From: Candidatus Egerieisoma sp.
GTDB lineage: Bacteria > Bacillota > Clostridia > UBA1212 > UBA1255
Assembly: GCA_045580735.1 (NCBI GenBank)
Contig: JAZNOJ010000067.1
Span: 1 to 59,541 of the forward strand
Direction of reading: 5' to 3'
Length of the DNA: 59,541 nt
The notes under the pieces were generated by a model. It did no database searches, was not told where the DNA came from, and was given only the letters and a program-made list of their open reading frames with translations. Position numbers and translations under genes: made by a program. Shown here one piece after another: positions 27,456 to 36,966 of the stretch (within the stretch, counting starts at the first letter, position 1; every line of letters starts with the position of its first letter).

Positions 27456-28742
27456 ATGGAGATTATTGATAAGATTTTTTCATTAGGTTCTGTTGGAGGA
27501 ACTACTATTGTATTATGCGGAGCAATGCTTATTGCATTTATAGGTTATGCTTTAGGTAGCATTAAAATTAAAGGCTTGTCATTAGGTACAGCGGGTGTAT
27601 TTTTAATGGCTCTTTTATTTGGATATTTGTTCACACTTCCAGTAATTGAAAATATTCCTGTAATTGGAAAGTTTTTCATAGAAAGTGCAGAAGCCACTGC
27701 TGTTAGTAAATACAAAATGCTTAGTTCAATTGGACTAGTGCTATTTGTAACTTCTGTTGGATTTATTGCAGGTCCAAGCTTCTTCAAAAACTTAAAGAAA
27801 AATGCTAAATCATACGTTCTTTTAGGTGTATTAATAGTAGGCTCAGGCGTTCTTGTTACTGTTTTATTCTCACTTCTTTACGGCAGTGCATATGGAACAG
27901 GTGTTATGTCAGGTGCTTTAACAAGTACACCGGGATTTTCAGCATCACAAGAAGCAGTTGAAGCAGCTAATCCAAGTCAACTAGGGCTTGTAGCATTAGG
28001 TCACGCTGTAGCTTATCCATTTGGTGTTGTAGGTGTTGTACTCTTTGTACAATTAATTCCTAAATTATTAAAAGCAGATATGTCTAAAGAGCGTGAACTT
28101 ATGAAAGTAGGTATTGAGGCTCCAAAAGAAGAAAAGAGTATATCAAAAAAAGCTTTTGAATTAGATGAATTTGGACTTGGAGCATTTGGTCTTGCAGTTG
28201 TACTTGGAATACTTCTTGGTTCAATAAAGATTCCTCTTTCAGCCTCAGGATATGCAGAGGGTGCAGCTACATTTTCACTCGGAAATACAGGCGGTCCATT
28301 GATAATGGCTTTAATTTTAGGTCACTTTGGAAGAATTGGAAAATTAAGCTTAAAGGTCCCTGATAAAACATTAAAGGTATTTAGAGAATTTGGATTAATG
28401 TTATTCCTTTTAGGTGCAGGCGTTGAAGGTGGCGTTGAATTAGTAGACCAAATTAAGGCTTCTGAAAGTGGAGCTATGATACTTGTTTATGGCTTAATCG
28501 GAGGAGTATTGATGACAACTGTGCCGATGTTAGTTGGCTATTTCTTTGCAAGAAAGGTTCTTAAAATGAGTATGCTTAATGCACTTGGTTCAATTACTGG
28601 TGGTATGACAAGTACACCTGCCCTTGGTACATTGATTGGTGTTGCAGGTACGGACGATGTTGCAGCAGCATATGCCTCAACTTATCCCGTTGCACTAGTG
28701 CTCGTGGTACTTGCCTCACAGCTTATTGTAGTTTTGATATAA
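27456..28742 (+). CDS. AAE (aspartate:alanine exchanger / YidE-YbjL-SucE) family transporter, short form without RCK_C domains
   Basis: Two homologous hydrophobic halves: GSIKIKGLSLGTAGVFLMALLFG and GSIKIPLSASG...GNTGGPLIMALILG. They are joined by a short charged linker. Confidence 0.7.
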   Translation: MEIIDKIFSLGSVGGTTIVLCGAMLIAFIGYALGSIKIKGLSLGTAGVFLMALLFGYLFTLPVIENIPVIGKFFIESAEATAVSKYKMLSSIGLVLFVTSVGFIAGPSFFKNLKKNAKSYVLLGVLIVGSGVLVTVLFSLLYGSAYGTGVMSGALTSTPGFSASQEAVEAANPSQLGLVALGHAVAYPFGVVGVVLFVQLIPKLLKADMSKERELMKVGIEAPKEEKSISKKAFELDEFGLGAFGLAVVLGILLGSIKIPLSASGYAEGAATFSLGNTGGPLIMALILGHFGRIGKLSLKVPDKTLKVFREFGLMLFLLGAGVEGGVELVDQIKASESGAMILVYGLIGGVLMTTVPMLVGYFFARKVLKMSMLNALGSITGGMTSTPALGTLIGVAGTDDVAAAYASTYPVALVLVVLASQLIVVLI

Positions 28743-28796
28743 TGCTTAATTTTTGATTGCAGAAATATCGAATAAAGTTTAAAAGATACTAAAACA

Positions 28797-28838
28797 AGAG
28801 ACTACATACCTATTTTATTTAGGAAGGTAGTCTCTTTT
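28797..28838 (+). terminator. Rho-independent terminator
   Basis: Stem AGAGACTAC (28797-28805) / GTAGTCTCT (28827-28835) followed by TTTT. Confidence 0.65.
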
Positions 28839-28882
28839 ATATATTATGTTCTATGTAAATATTAGAAATACAAGGAGAAATT

Positions 28883-29503
28883 ATGAAAATAATTACAATT
28901 AGCCGAGAATTTGGCTCCGGTGGTAGGGAGCTTGGTAAACGTCTCGCAGATGTGATGGGTTTTGATTATTATGATAGTGAAATAATAAGTGCTGTTGCAC
29001 AGAATAGCGGAATGGCAGAGGACTATGTTGAAGAAAAGTTATCTAATCATGGTTGGCAATCGTTTCCAATAACATATCGTGGTACAATTAGTTCAGCAAG
29101 TTATACTCAATCCAATAGCGTTTCACTTCTGCTTCAGCAGAAAAAAGTTATTGAAGAAATTGCTTGTATGAACAAGGATTGCATTATAGTTGGTAGAAAT
29201 GCTGATGTTATTCTTCAAGAATATAAGCCTCTAAATATATTTGTTTGTGCAGAAATGTATGCAAAGATTGAAAGATGCATGAAATATCAGTCTGTCGATG
29301 AAACGTTAAATGAAAAAGAGTTAGTACGAAAAATTCGTCACATAGATAAAATGCGTATGCAAACACGAGCAATTATGTCAGGTTCAGAATGGGGACAAAG
29401 AGATAAGTACAATTTGATTATAAATACAACTGATTGGAATATTAAGGAGCTTTCACTGGCAGTTGCAGAGTTTGCAAAACACTGGTTTGGGAGGAAACAA
29501 TGA
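28883..29503 (+). CDS. Cytidylate kinase-like family protein
   Basis: The N-terminus MKIITISREFGSGGRELGKRLA is characteristic of this family. Confidence 0.75.
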   Translation: MKIITISREFGSGGRELGKRLADVMGFDYYDSEIISAVAQNSGMAEDYVEEKLSNHGWQSFPITYRGTISSASYTQSNSVSLLLQQKKVIEEIACMNKDCIIVGRNADVILQEYKPLNIFVCAEMYAKIERCMKYQSVDETLNEKELVRKIRHIDKMRMQTRAIMSGSEWGQRDKYNLIINTTDWNIKELSLAVAEFAKHWFGRKQ

Positions 29504-30834
29504 AGATAAAGCTTTCTGATCATTTCACATATGGAAAATTAATTAAATTTACTTTGCCATCTATTGCAACGATGATATTTACTTCTATATATGGCATTGT
29601 AGATGGTTTTTTTGTTTCAAATTTTGCTGGTAAAACACCATTCGCTGCAGTAAATATTATTATGCCTTTTTTGATGATTTTGGCGACGGTAGGATTTATG
29701 TTTGGAACAGGAGGAACTGCTATAGTAGCAAAAACCTTAGGGGAGGGTAATAAAGTAAAAGCGAATGAATATTTTTCGCTATTTGTATATGTATCCTTTG
29801 TATTAGGTATTATTTTTGCAGTTTTAGGAATAGTATTTATTCGTCCTATTGCGATGCTGCTAAATGCAGAGGGAGAGCTTCTTGAAAATTGTGTAGTTTA
29901 CGCGAGAATTATACTTATCGCATTGCCGTTTTTTATAATGCAGCTTTTATTTCAAAGCTTTTTTGTAACTGCGGAAAAACCTCAATTAGGATTAATTGTT
30001 ACCATATCTGCAGGTGTTACCAATATGCTTTTGGATGCTATACTTGTTTTGTCTTTACCAGAAGAATATAAGTTGATTGGTGCTGCAATAGCAACAGCTA
30101 TGAGTCAGGTTATTGGAGGTGTAATTCCGCTATTTTATTTTTTTCGCAAAAACAATAGTATTCTACGATTGGGCAAGACTAAATTTCATGGGAAAGCAAT
30201 ACTTAAAGCATGTACAAATGGTTCATCAGAATTTATGAGCAACGTTTCAATGAGTATTGTGGGAATACTTTATAATATTCAGTTAATGAAGTATGCAGGT
30301 GAAAATGGTGTAGCTGCATATGGTGTTATGATGTATGTAAGCATGATATTTGCTGCCGCATTTATAGGTTATTCAATAGGTACAGCACCAATTATAGGAT
30401 ATCACGACGGAGCCCAAAACTATGATGAATTAAAGGGATTACTAAGGAAAAGTATAAAATTAATTGGTATATTTTCTGTAGCAATGGTACTTTTAGGACA
30501 GATATTAGCGGTACCTCTTGGAAAGCTATTCGTAGGTTATGATAATGCTCTTATGGAAATTACAGTTTCTGGTTTTAGAATTTTTGCTGTTTCATTTTTA
30601 TTTATGGGTTATGCTATTTTCGGTTCGGGACTTTTTACAGCATTAAACGATGGAGTAACTTCCGCAATCATCTCCTTTTTAAGAACGACAGTATTTCAAA
30701 TTGCGTCAGTTATGTTATTACCCTTGATTTATGGTATCGACGGAATATGGTATTCTATTATAGTTGGTGAGTTTATGGCAATGACATTAAGCTTTCTCTT
30801 TATCATAATAAAGAGAAAGAGGTATCATTATTGA
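29500..30834 (+). CDS. MATE family efflux transporter
   Basis: 444 aa, about 12 TM segments. The N-terminal LIKFTLPSIATMIFTSIYGIVDGFFVS motif is MATE-typical. ATGA overlap with the upstream gene. Confidence 0.85.
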   Translation: MKIKLSDHFTYGKLIKFTLPSIATMIFTSIYGIVDGFFVSNFAGKTPFAAVNIIMPFLMILATVGFMFGTGGTAIVAKTLGEGNKVKANEYFSLFVYVSFVLGIIFAVLGIVFIRPIAMLLNAEGELLENCVVYARIILIALPFFIMQLLFQSFFVTAEKPQLGLIVTISAGVTNMLLDAILVLSLPEEYKLIGAAIATAMSQVIGGVIPLFYFFRKNNSILRLGKTKFHGKAILKACTNGSSEFMSNVSMSIVGILYNIQLMKYAGENGVAAYGVMMYVSMIFAAAFIGYSIGTAPIIGYHDGAQNYDELKGLLRKSIKLIGIFSVAMVLLGQILAVPLGKLFVGYDNALMEITVSGFRIFAVSFLFMGYAIFGSGLFTALNDGVTSAIISFLRTTVFQIASVMLLPLIYGIDGIWYSIIVGEFMAMTLSFLFIIIKRKRYHY

Positions 30835-30923
30835 TTTGTTGCTTGATTTGCTAATGCAAAGGTTGCTCTAAATCAATTTATGTATTATAATGTTATAAAG
30901 TTGTTTTGAAAGGCGAATTGAAT

Positions 30924-31895
30924 ATGGTATACGATTACAGGAAAATTAACAAATATATTAAAGAGAATCGTTTTGATGAGCTTATTTCTATTGCAGAGGA
31001 TAGAGTGAGAATGCAATTTGAAAATTTATTAAAGCTTATAAGAGCTAAAGATTCTGAAAGCAATGACTATGGTTTGACAGATATATTGATGGTTACAGGA
31101 CCTTCAGCTTCTGGAAAAACAACGACCTCAAATTTGCTTGCAGAGTTTCTTGCTGCAGATGGATATAATTGCACTGTTGTTTCATTAGATGACTATTATT
31201 TCGATACTGAAATTACAAAACGAAAACAAATAGAAATGGGATTAGTAGAAGAAGGAAGTAATGACTTTGATTTTGAAACTATAGAAGCTATAGATGTGGA
31301 ATATTTCAAAAAACAAATGAAAGAATATACCTCGGGTAAATCAATTCGACTTCCTAAATTTGATTTTACTGTAGGTAAAAGAAAAGATAGTAATAGGATT
31401 ATAGAGTCTACAAAGAAGGATATGATTATATTAGAAGGCATACATGCCTTTCATCCGATTTTGACAGAGGGATTAAAATTCGATACCAGTATAAGAATAT
31501 ATATTTCTCCAAACGACTCATATTATTCTGTTTCTAATGGAAAAGAATACAGTATAGAGCCGCATCAAATAAGATTTATGAGGAGAGCAATACGAGATAG
31601 TGTTCATCGTGCAGCATCATTGGGAAAAACAATGGAAATGTGGGAAGGTGTTCGTAGAGGTGAAACAAACTATATGAAGCCACTTGTTAAGTACGCAGAT
31701 GTTTTTCTTAATTCTTCATTCGGATATGAAATAGCATATCTAAAAAAGAAAATTGGTGAACTTGCAAGTGATATAAGCAGAGAAGAGTATTTGCAATTTT
31801 CTCAAATTGTAGTACCGGAGGCTCTAGAACCTTTTTTAACAGCAGATAATTTTGATATTCCTGATAGTTCACTTTTTAACGAATTTTATATGTAA
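30924..31895 (+). CDS. Uridine kinase/phosphoribulokinase-family nucleoside kinase-like protein
   Basis: P-loop GPSASGKTTTSNLLAEFL and LEGIHAF motif. The ATG at 30924 is preferred over the TTG at 30906. Confidence 0.7.
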   Translation: MVYDYRKINKYIKENRFDELISIAEDRVRMQFENLLKLIRAKDSESNDYGLTDILMVTGPSASGKTTTSNLLAEFLAADGYNCTVVSLDDYYFDTEITKRKQIEMGLVEEGSNDFDFETIEAIDVEYFKKQMKEYTSGKSIRLPKFDFTVGKRKDSNRIIESTKKDMIILEGIHAFHPILTEGLKFDTSIRIYISPNDSYYSVSNGKEYSIEPHQIRFMRRAIRDSVHRAASLGKTMEMWEGVRRGETNYMKPLVKYADVFLNSSFGYEIAYLKKKIGELASDISREEYLQFSQIVVPEALEPFLTADNFDIPDSSLFNEFYM

Positions 31896-31900
31896 AAATT

Positions 31901-31945
31901 TACCCAACAGATTAGTAATAAAAATCTGTTGGGTATTTGCTTTTA
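31901..31945. terminator. Bidirectional terminator between convergent genes
   Basis: 12-bp perfect stem TACCCAACAGAT (31901-31912) / ATCTGTTGGGTA (31924-31935), T-rich on both sides. Confidence 0.75.
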
Positions 31946-31975
31946 TATGATATATATCAATAATTATGTATTATT

Positions 31976-33823
31976 TTAGCTGCTAAAATCAAAACAGAAT
32001 CTTCCACCGGGAGCTACATCTCCATTTATATAAAAATCCATAATGTCTCCTTCTTTTTGCATATTGTCAGACCATTTAAAGCTAAAATCAAAGTTTTTTT
32101 CATCAAGCTTTAAAAGTCTTCGAGGAATTTCTATTTGGAGAATATTGTTTTTGATGCTGTATTTAAGCTCAGAGCTAATATTTTCCCAAAGCCATGTACC
32201 ATCTTCTGAAATACCTTTAGAGTGTTCAAGTATACAGCCTGTAGCAGTTGGATTAAGTCTGTTTACAATATAATCAAATCCTTCCCAATTATTACCATTA
32301 GAGGCATTTTTAGTTCTAATGAAAAGACGCATCCATGCTCTGTCATTAGGAGAAGACAATTTGTTGACTGTTGAAACATAAAAATAAATATTTGTGTTAT
32401 CGTAGGCAACCTTGGTAGTTACAATATCATTTCTCATTGTGTGATTCTCATAATGATAGCCTATATATCCATCGCAATCCCGTTCTCTTGTATTTCTTGT
32501 ATAGTGATTAAAGGAGTATATTTTATTCCATGGAGAAAGGTCGTCGGAATGAATGTCGATAGTTTCTTTTTTTACTATATTGTCTAAAGTGGTATTTTTA
32601 TCAGCTGCTCCTTTATATCTTCTTATATTAGATACAAGCTGGTAATAAAAATGATCCTTCAAACAGCCTTTTGTGGGTTCAATATCTCTACTGTATTCAT
32701 CTGTAAAGGCATCACAAAAACCTGAACATCTGCCTGCTGTCCATTCATTCCAACCTGTAACAAGTATAAAGTCAGGGTCACATTCAATTGCATAATCCCA
32801 TTGCTGTTGGAAATTTCTTCCGGCTAGCATAGAAAAATAATCTCTTTTATCAGCAGTAAATGTTTTATTGTTATAAGTATATGAATAAGAATAATTTTCA
32901 CCATTTTCATGTGAAGGAGCAGCAAAGCTGCGCCCCATAATGTGTTCTCCGGCAGCCATAAATGATAACTCGTATTTTAATGAGTCAGCATTTTGAGAAA
33001 CTCCCACAGATATTTCTTCAGGTCTTCCATCCTCAGTTAAACCAAATTTGCATTGAGGATAAACATTTAACCAACCCCAAAAGTTTGGATTTGACCCTCC
33101 TTGATTAAAGTATGTTGGGTCAATTTGTTTGAAAACGAATATTTCGTTTATTTCATTATGATATTTATATTCTACATTTTTTACATCATCAAATCCTAAA
33201 ATTAAATATTTATCATCAATTTTATATAATAAATCACGATATTCTGGATTAGAATACCATCTTTCGTAGATTAATGTTAGATGGTGTAATCTGTTTTCTG
33301 TTTTAAAAAGACTAAACCAAAATGAAATTTTTGGAACTTTTATGCCATCCTTTTTTGCTTCACTAAAAACCTTGAAAATAATGTCAATTCCATTTTCCCA
33401 TGAATGTTGGCCATTAGTCCAATCAAAGAAAATAAAATCCACTCCTGCATCTGCCAAAAGCTCTACATGTTTTCTTATAACATATTCATCCATAGTATTG
33501 TAAAAACCATATAATGGCTCATTCCAAAAATATCCAGGTGTGTATTTGTCTTCGATATTTTCTTCCCAAAAAGGATTGTTTTTAACATCTATTTTGGCTT
33601 CGGGATATTTTTCTAACAAATCTGTAATATTTACAGGTTTTCTTTTAGTAGCAAATTCTGTATGCCATGCATGATAAAATATACCAACCTCACGCTTGTG
33701 GTTAGGTCTGTTTTTAGGAGCTTTTTTATAGGTGCTATCACAGCGACCAAGTCCATCAACATAGCTCCAGGTTTGGGGATTAATATCCATATTTGAATTT
33801 TCTAAGATCGTTTTACTTTCCAC
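31976..33823 (-). CDS. Putative TIM-barrel glycoside-hydrolase-like protein with C-terminal beta-sandwich domain; paralog A, no signal peptide
   Basis: 615 aa; GTG start with AAAGGA RBS. Conserved blocks are GIFYHAWHTEF, FWNEPLYGFY, LLADAGVDFIFFDWTNG and VTGWNEWTA (NEW motif as in GH99/WbsX-like enzymes). Family assignment is tentative. Confidence 0.5.
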   Translation of the reverse strand: MESKTILENSNMDINPQTWSYVDGLGRCDSTYKKAPKNRPNHKREVGIFYHAWHTEFATKRKPVNITDLLEKYPEAKIDVKNNPFWEENIEDKYTPGYFWNEPLYGFYNTMDEYVIRKHVELLADAGVDFIFFDWTNGQHSWENGIDIIFKVFSEAKKDGIKVPKISFWFSLFKTENRLHHLTLIYERWYSNPEYRDLLYKIDDKYLILGFDDVKNVEYKYHNEINEIFVFKQIDPTYFNQGGSNPNFWGWLNVYPQCKFGLTEDGRPEEISVGVSQNADSLKYELSFMAAGEHIMGRSFAAPSHENGENYSYSYTYNNKTFTADKRDYFSMLAGRNFQQQWDYAIECDPDFILVTGWNEWTAGRCSGFCDAFTDEYSRDIEPTKGCLKDHFYYQLVSNIRRYKGAADKNTTLDNIVKKETIDIHSDDLSPWNKIYSFNHYTRNTRERDCDGYIGYHYENHTMRNDIVTTKVAYDNTNIYFYVSTVNKLSSPNDRAWMRLFIRTKNASNGNNWEGFDYIVNRLNPTATGCILEHSKGISEDGTWLWENISSELKYSIKNNILQIEIPRRLLKLDEKNFDFSFKWSDNMQKEGDIMDFYINGDVAPGGRFCFDFSS

Positions 33824-33876
33824 TTGTAATCCTTTCTATTATAAAAACTAATCATTATATGTGTTGAATTTATTAT

Positions 33877-35898
33877 TTATGCACTTTCTTGTTTTGACTT
33901 TTTAAGAAAATGCTTTAACAATAAAATAGTTATTGCAATAAATAGCAGGGAAGAGACAATAATTGTGATATAAATGACAAGAGGATTGTTATGGTTTTTT
34001 ATGTTTTGAAATCTAAAACAGAATCTACCTCCTGGTGCAACATCTCCATTTGAGTAAAAGTCCATTATGTCACCATCTGATTGCATATTATCAGACCATT
34101 TAAAGCTGAAATCAAATTTATTATCAAAACCTAATAGCTTTTTTGGAACTTCGATTTGAAGAATATTGCCTTTTACACTGTAGTTTAGCTTATCACTTAT
34201 TTTTTTCCAAAGCCATTCACCATTTTCAGAGATACCTTCGGATTTTTCCAAGGTGCAAGTGTTTTCGGTTGGATTAATTCTGTTTATTACAAACTCAAAT
34301 CCCTCCCAATTATCACTTAACCCAGTATAATCTGTATCTATAAAAAGGCGCATCCAGCCTTTATCCGTATAAGCTGTAAGGTCTTCAAGGGTAGAAACGT
34401 AAAAATAAAAATTATTTTTGTCATAAGCGACTTTAGAAGTAACGATATCGTTTCTCATTGTAAAATTTTCAAATTTGCATTGTTTGTATCCCTTACAATC
34501 TCTGTCGCGAGTACTTCTGGTGTAATGATTATATGATGTAATATCGTCCCATTGAGATAAATCATTCGAATATATATCTATTGTTTTTTTGTCATTTTTA
34601 TTCCATTCTGATTCTTCTATGCCTTTATAGCGTCTTACATTTGAAACAAGCTGATAATAATAATTATCCTTTAAATCACCCTTTGTAGGTTCAATATCTC
34701 TACTATATTCGTCAGTAAAAGCATCACAAAATCCACTATTTCTATATGAGGTCCATTCATTCCAACCAGTTACGAGAACTACATTAGGATCACATTCGAT
34801 AGCATAATCCCATTGTTGTTGGAAATTTCTTCCTGCCTTTGTAGCAAGATCATTTCTTTCTTTTATAATATATTCTTTCCCAGCATAATTATAGGAATAG
34901 AAATACGTTTTTTTTGTTTGTTCGTCTAAGGCCGCAAAGCTTCTTCCCATTATTCTATCACCTTCGGCCATATAGGATAATGTGTAGGAGTCAGAATTTG
35001 CATTTTGAGCTACTCCTACTGCCATTTCTTCAGGGCGGCCATCTTCTGTTGTACCATATTTGCATTGAGGATAAACACTAAGCCAACCCCAATGTGTTTC
35101 ATCAATTCCTCCATAATTAAAATAAGAGGGATTAATGGAGCGAAATGTAAACATATTTTTTATCTCAGTGCTATTGGTATATGACATACCTAAAATATCA
35201 GAATATCCAAGAACTAAAGGCTTACCATCTAATTTAAACCACATATCATCGTATTCAGGATTGCTATACCATCTTTCATACATGGTAGTAATTTGATTTA
35301 TTCTATTTTGAGGTTCAAATAAACTAATCCAAAAAACAATCTGTGGTGCATCTACACCGTCTTCTCTGGCTTCTTTAAAAACCTTTAGAATCGCATCAGT
35401 TCCTTTTTCCCATGTGAATTCACCATTAGTCCAATCAATGAATATAAAATCTACACCTGCATCAGCTAATAGCTCAGCATGCTTTCTTAAAACATATTCA
35501 TCCAAAGTGTCATAATATCCAAAAATAGGTTCGTTCCAAAAATATCCAGGTTGATATTTTCGCTCAAAGTTTTTATACCAAAAATCATTGTTTTTAACAT
35601 CAATAGCTGCTTCTGGATTATTATTTACTACTTCTGTCATATTGACAGGTACTCTTAATTTTGAAAATTCTGTGTGCCATGTATGATAAAAAATACCAAC
35701 ATATCGATCGTGTTCTTTTCTATCATCGGAAATCTGCTCATATGATTCGTCAGTTCTTCCTAGGGCATCAACGTATGTCCATGATCCGGGGTTTATATCA
35801 TTGTTAATAATATTGGAATCCTTCGCAATGGAAGTCGTTGTAGAGATTATATATAAAATAAGAAAAAATACATTTATAGATAAAATAATTCTTTTCAT
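33877..35898 (-). CDS. Paralog B of the GH-like protein, with N-terminal signal peptide and C-terminal TM anchor
   Basis: 673 aa, collinear with paralog A with long identical blocks (AGRNFQQQWDYAIECDP, GFCDAFTDEYSRDIEPTKG, FKWSDNMQ..GDIMDFY.NGDVAPGGRFCF). It also has MKRIILSINVFFLILYIISTTTSIA and a C-terminal hydrophobic helix followed by KKSKQESA. Confidence 0.5.
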   Translation of the reverse strand: MKRIILSINVFFLILYIISTTTSIAKDSNIINNDINPGSWTYVDALGRTDESYEQISDDRKEHDRYVGIFYHTWHTEFSKLRVPVNMTEVVNNNPEAAIDVKNNDFWYKNFERKYQPGYFWNEPIFGYYDTLDEYVLRKHAELLADAGVDFIFIDWTNGEFTWEKGTDAILKVFKEAREDGVDAPQIVFWISLFEPQNRINQITTMYERWYSNPEYDDMWFKLDGKPLVLGYSDILGMSYTNSTEIKNMFTFRSINPSYFNYGGIDETHWGWLSVYPQCKYGTTEDGRPEEMAVGVAQNANSDSYTLSYMAEGDRIMGRSFAALDEQTKKTYFYSYNYAGKEYIIKERNDLATKAGRNFQQQWDYAIECDPNVVLVTGWNEWTSYRNSGFCDAFTDEYSRDIEPTKGDLKDNYYYQLVSNVRRYKGIEESEWNKNDKKTIDIYSNDLSQWDDITSYNHYTRSTRDRDCKGYKQCKFENFTMRNDIVTSKVAYDKNNFYFYVSTLEDLTAYTDKGWMRLFIDTDYTGLSDNWEGFEFVINRINPTENTCTLEKSEGISENGEWLWKKISDKLNYSVKGNILQIEVPKKLLGFDNKFDFSFKWSDNMQSDGDIMDFYSNGDVAPGGRFCFRFQNIKNHNNPLVIYITIIVSSLLFIAITILLLKHFLKKSKQESA

Positions 35899-36190
35899 AG
35901 GTATCCTCTTTATTCAATCAAAAAATTGTTAATATCGTTAATTATAAATTTAGATGAAGTATAACAAATAATTATGAAAATTCAAGCATTAAAAGTAAAA
36001 ATTTTTTTAATATTTGTAAATAAGCTCTTATTAGCGTAAAAAAATACCACGATTATCTACAAAAATATAAAGAAGCTTTAAAAATCTAAAAAAATTTTTA
36101 CAGTTTTAAGAAAAGAAACATGCAAATAGCTAAATAACAATTTTTATTTAATAAAAAATTTTACAGTGTAGATTTTCACATAAAATAAAA

Positions 36191-36220
36191 TTGATAAATA
36201 GTGTTTTTGTGTGGTATAAT
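36191..36220 (+). promoter_or_regulatory. Sigma-A-type promoter with extended -10
   Basis: TTGATA (36191-36196), 18-nt spacer, TGgTATAAT (36212-36220), 30 nt upstream of the 36250 start. Confidence 0.55.
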
Positions 36221-36249
36221 ATTCGAAATATTTTTAGGAGGATATTAGG

Positions 36250-36951
36250 ATGCCTTTTCCACTTTTTTTTATTGATTATTGGTATGTTGTTTTAATTGTA
36301 CCTGTGATGATTATATCAATGATTATTCAAGCAAAAATGAAATCTACCTACAAAAAATTTTCTGCTGTGCCTGTTAGGTCAGGTGTCTCGGGAGCCGAGA
36401 TGGCAAAGCGTGTATTATCTGAAAACGGGATATATGATGTAGGAGTTACTGTTATAGACGGTGAACTTACTGATCATTATGATCCAAAAGCAAAGATGAT
36501 AAGATTATCTAGAAATGTTTATGATGGACGCTCGGTTTCCTCAGTTGGAGTTGCTTGCCATGAGGCAGGACATGCGGTACAGCATGCACAGGCATATTTT
36601 CCATTGCTTGCAAGAAATTCGATAGTCCCGCTTGTTAATTTTTGTTCGGGAATATCTTGGTTTGTATTGTTTTTGGGAATGTTTATGGGGCACGAGCTTT
36701 TAATAAATTTAGGTATTATTTTATTTGCTTCAGCAGCTGTATTTCAGCTTATAACATTACCTGTGGAGTTTAATGCATCAAGACGTGCTGTTAAAGCTCT
36801 GAAGAATAGCGGAATAATGGCTCAGGACGAAATTAATGGAACACAAAAGGTTCTTTCGGCTGCGGCTATGACATACGTTGCTGCACTTGCGACATCGATT
36901 GCCAGCTTATTAAGATTGATTTTGATAACGCGAGGAAATAGAAGAGATTAA
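36250..36951 (+). CDS. Membrane zinc metallopeptidase, YugP-like (Zn_peptidase_2)
   Basis: HEAGHAVQH motif, N-terminal TM helix and C-terminal hydrophobic segments. Confidence 0.8.
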   Translation: MPFPLFFIDYWYVVLIVPVMIISMIIQAKMKSTYKKFSAVPVRSGVSGAEMAKRVLSENGIYDVGVTVIDGELTDHYDPKAKMIRLSRNVYDGRSVSSVGVACHEAGHAVQHAQAYFPLLARNSIVPLVNFCSGISWFVLFLGMFMGHELLINLGIILFASAAVFQLITLPVEFNASRRAVKALKNSGIMAQDEINGTQKVLSAAAMTYVAALATSIASLLRLILITRGNRRD

Positions 36952-36966
36952 GGAGAAAAATACAAA

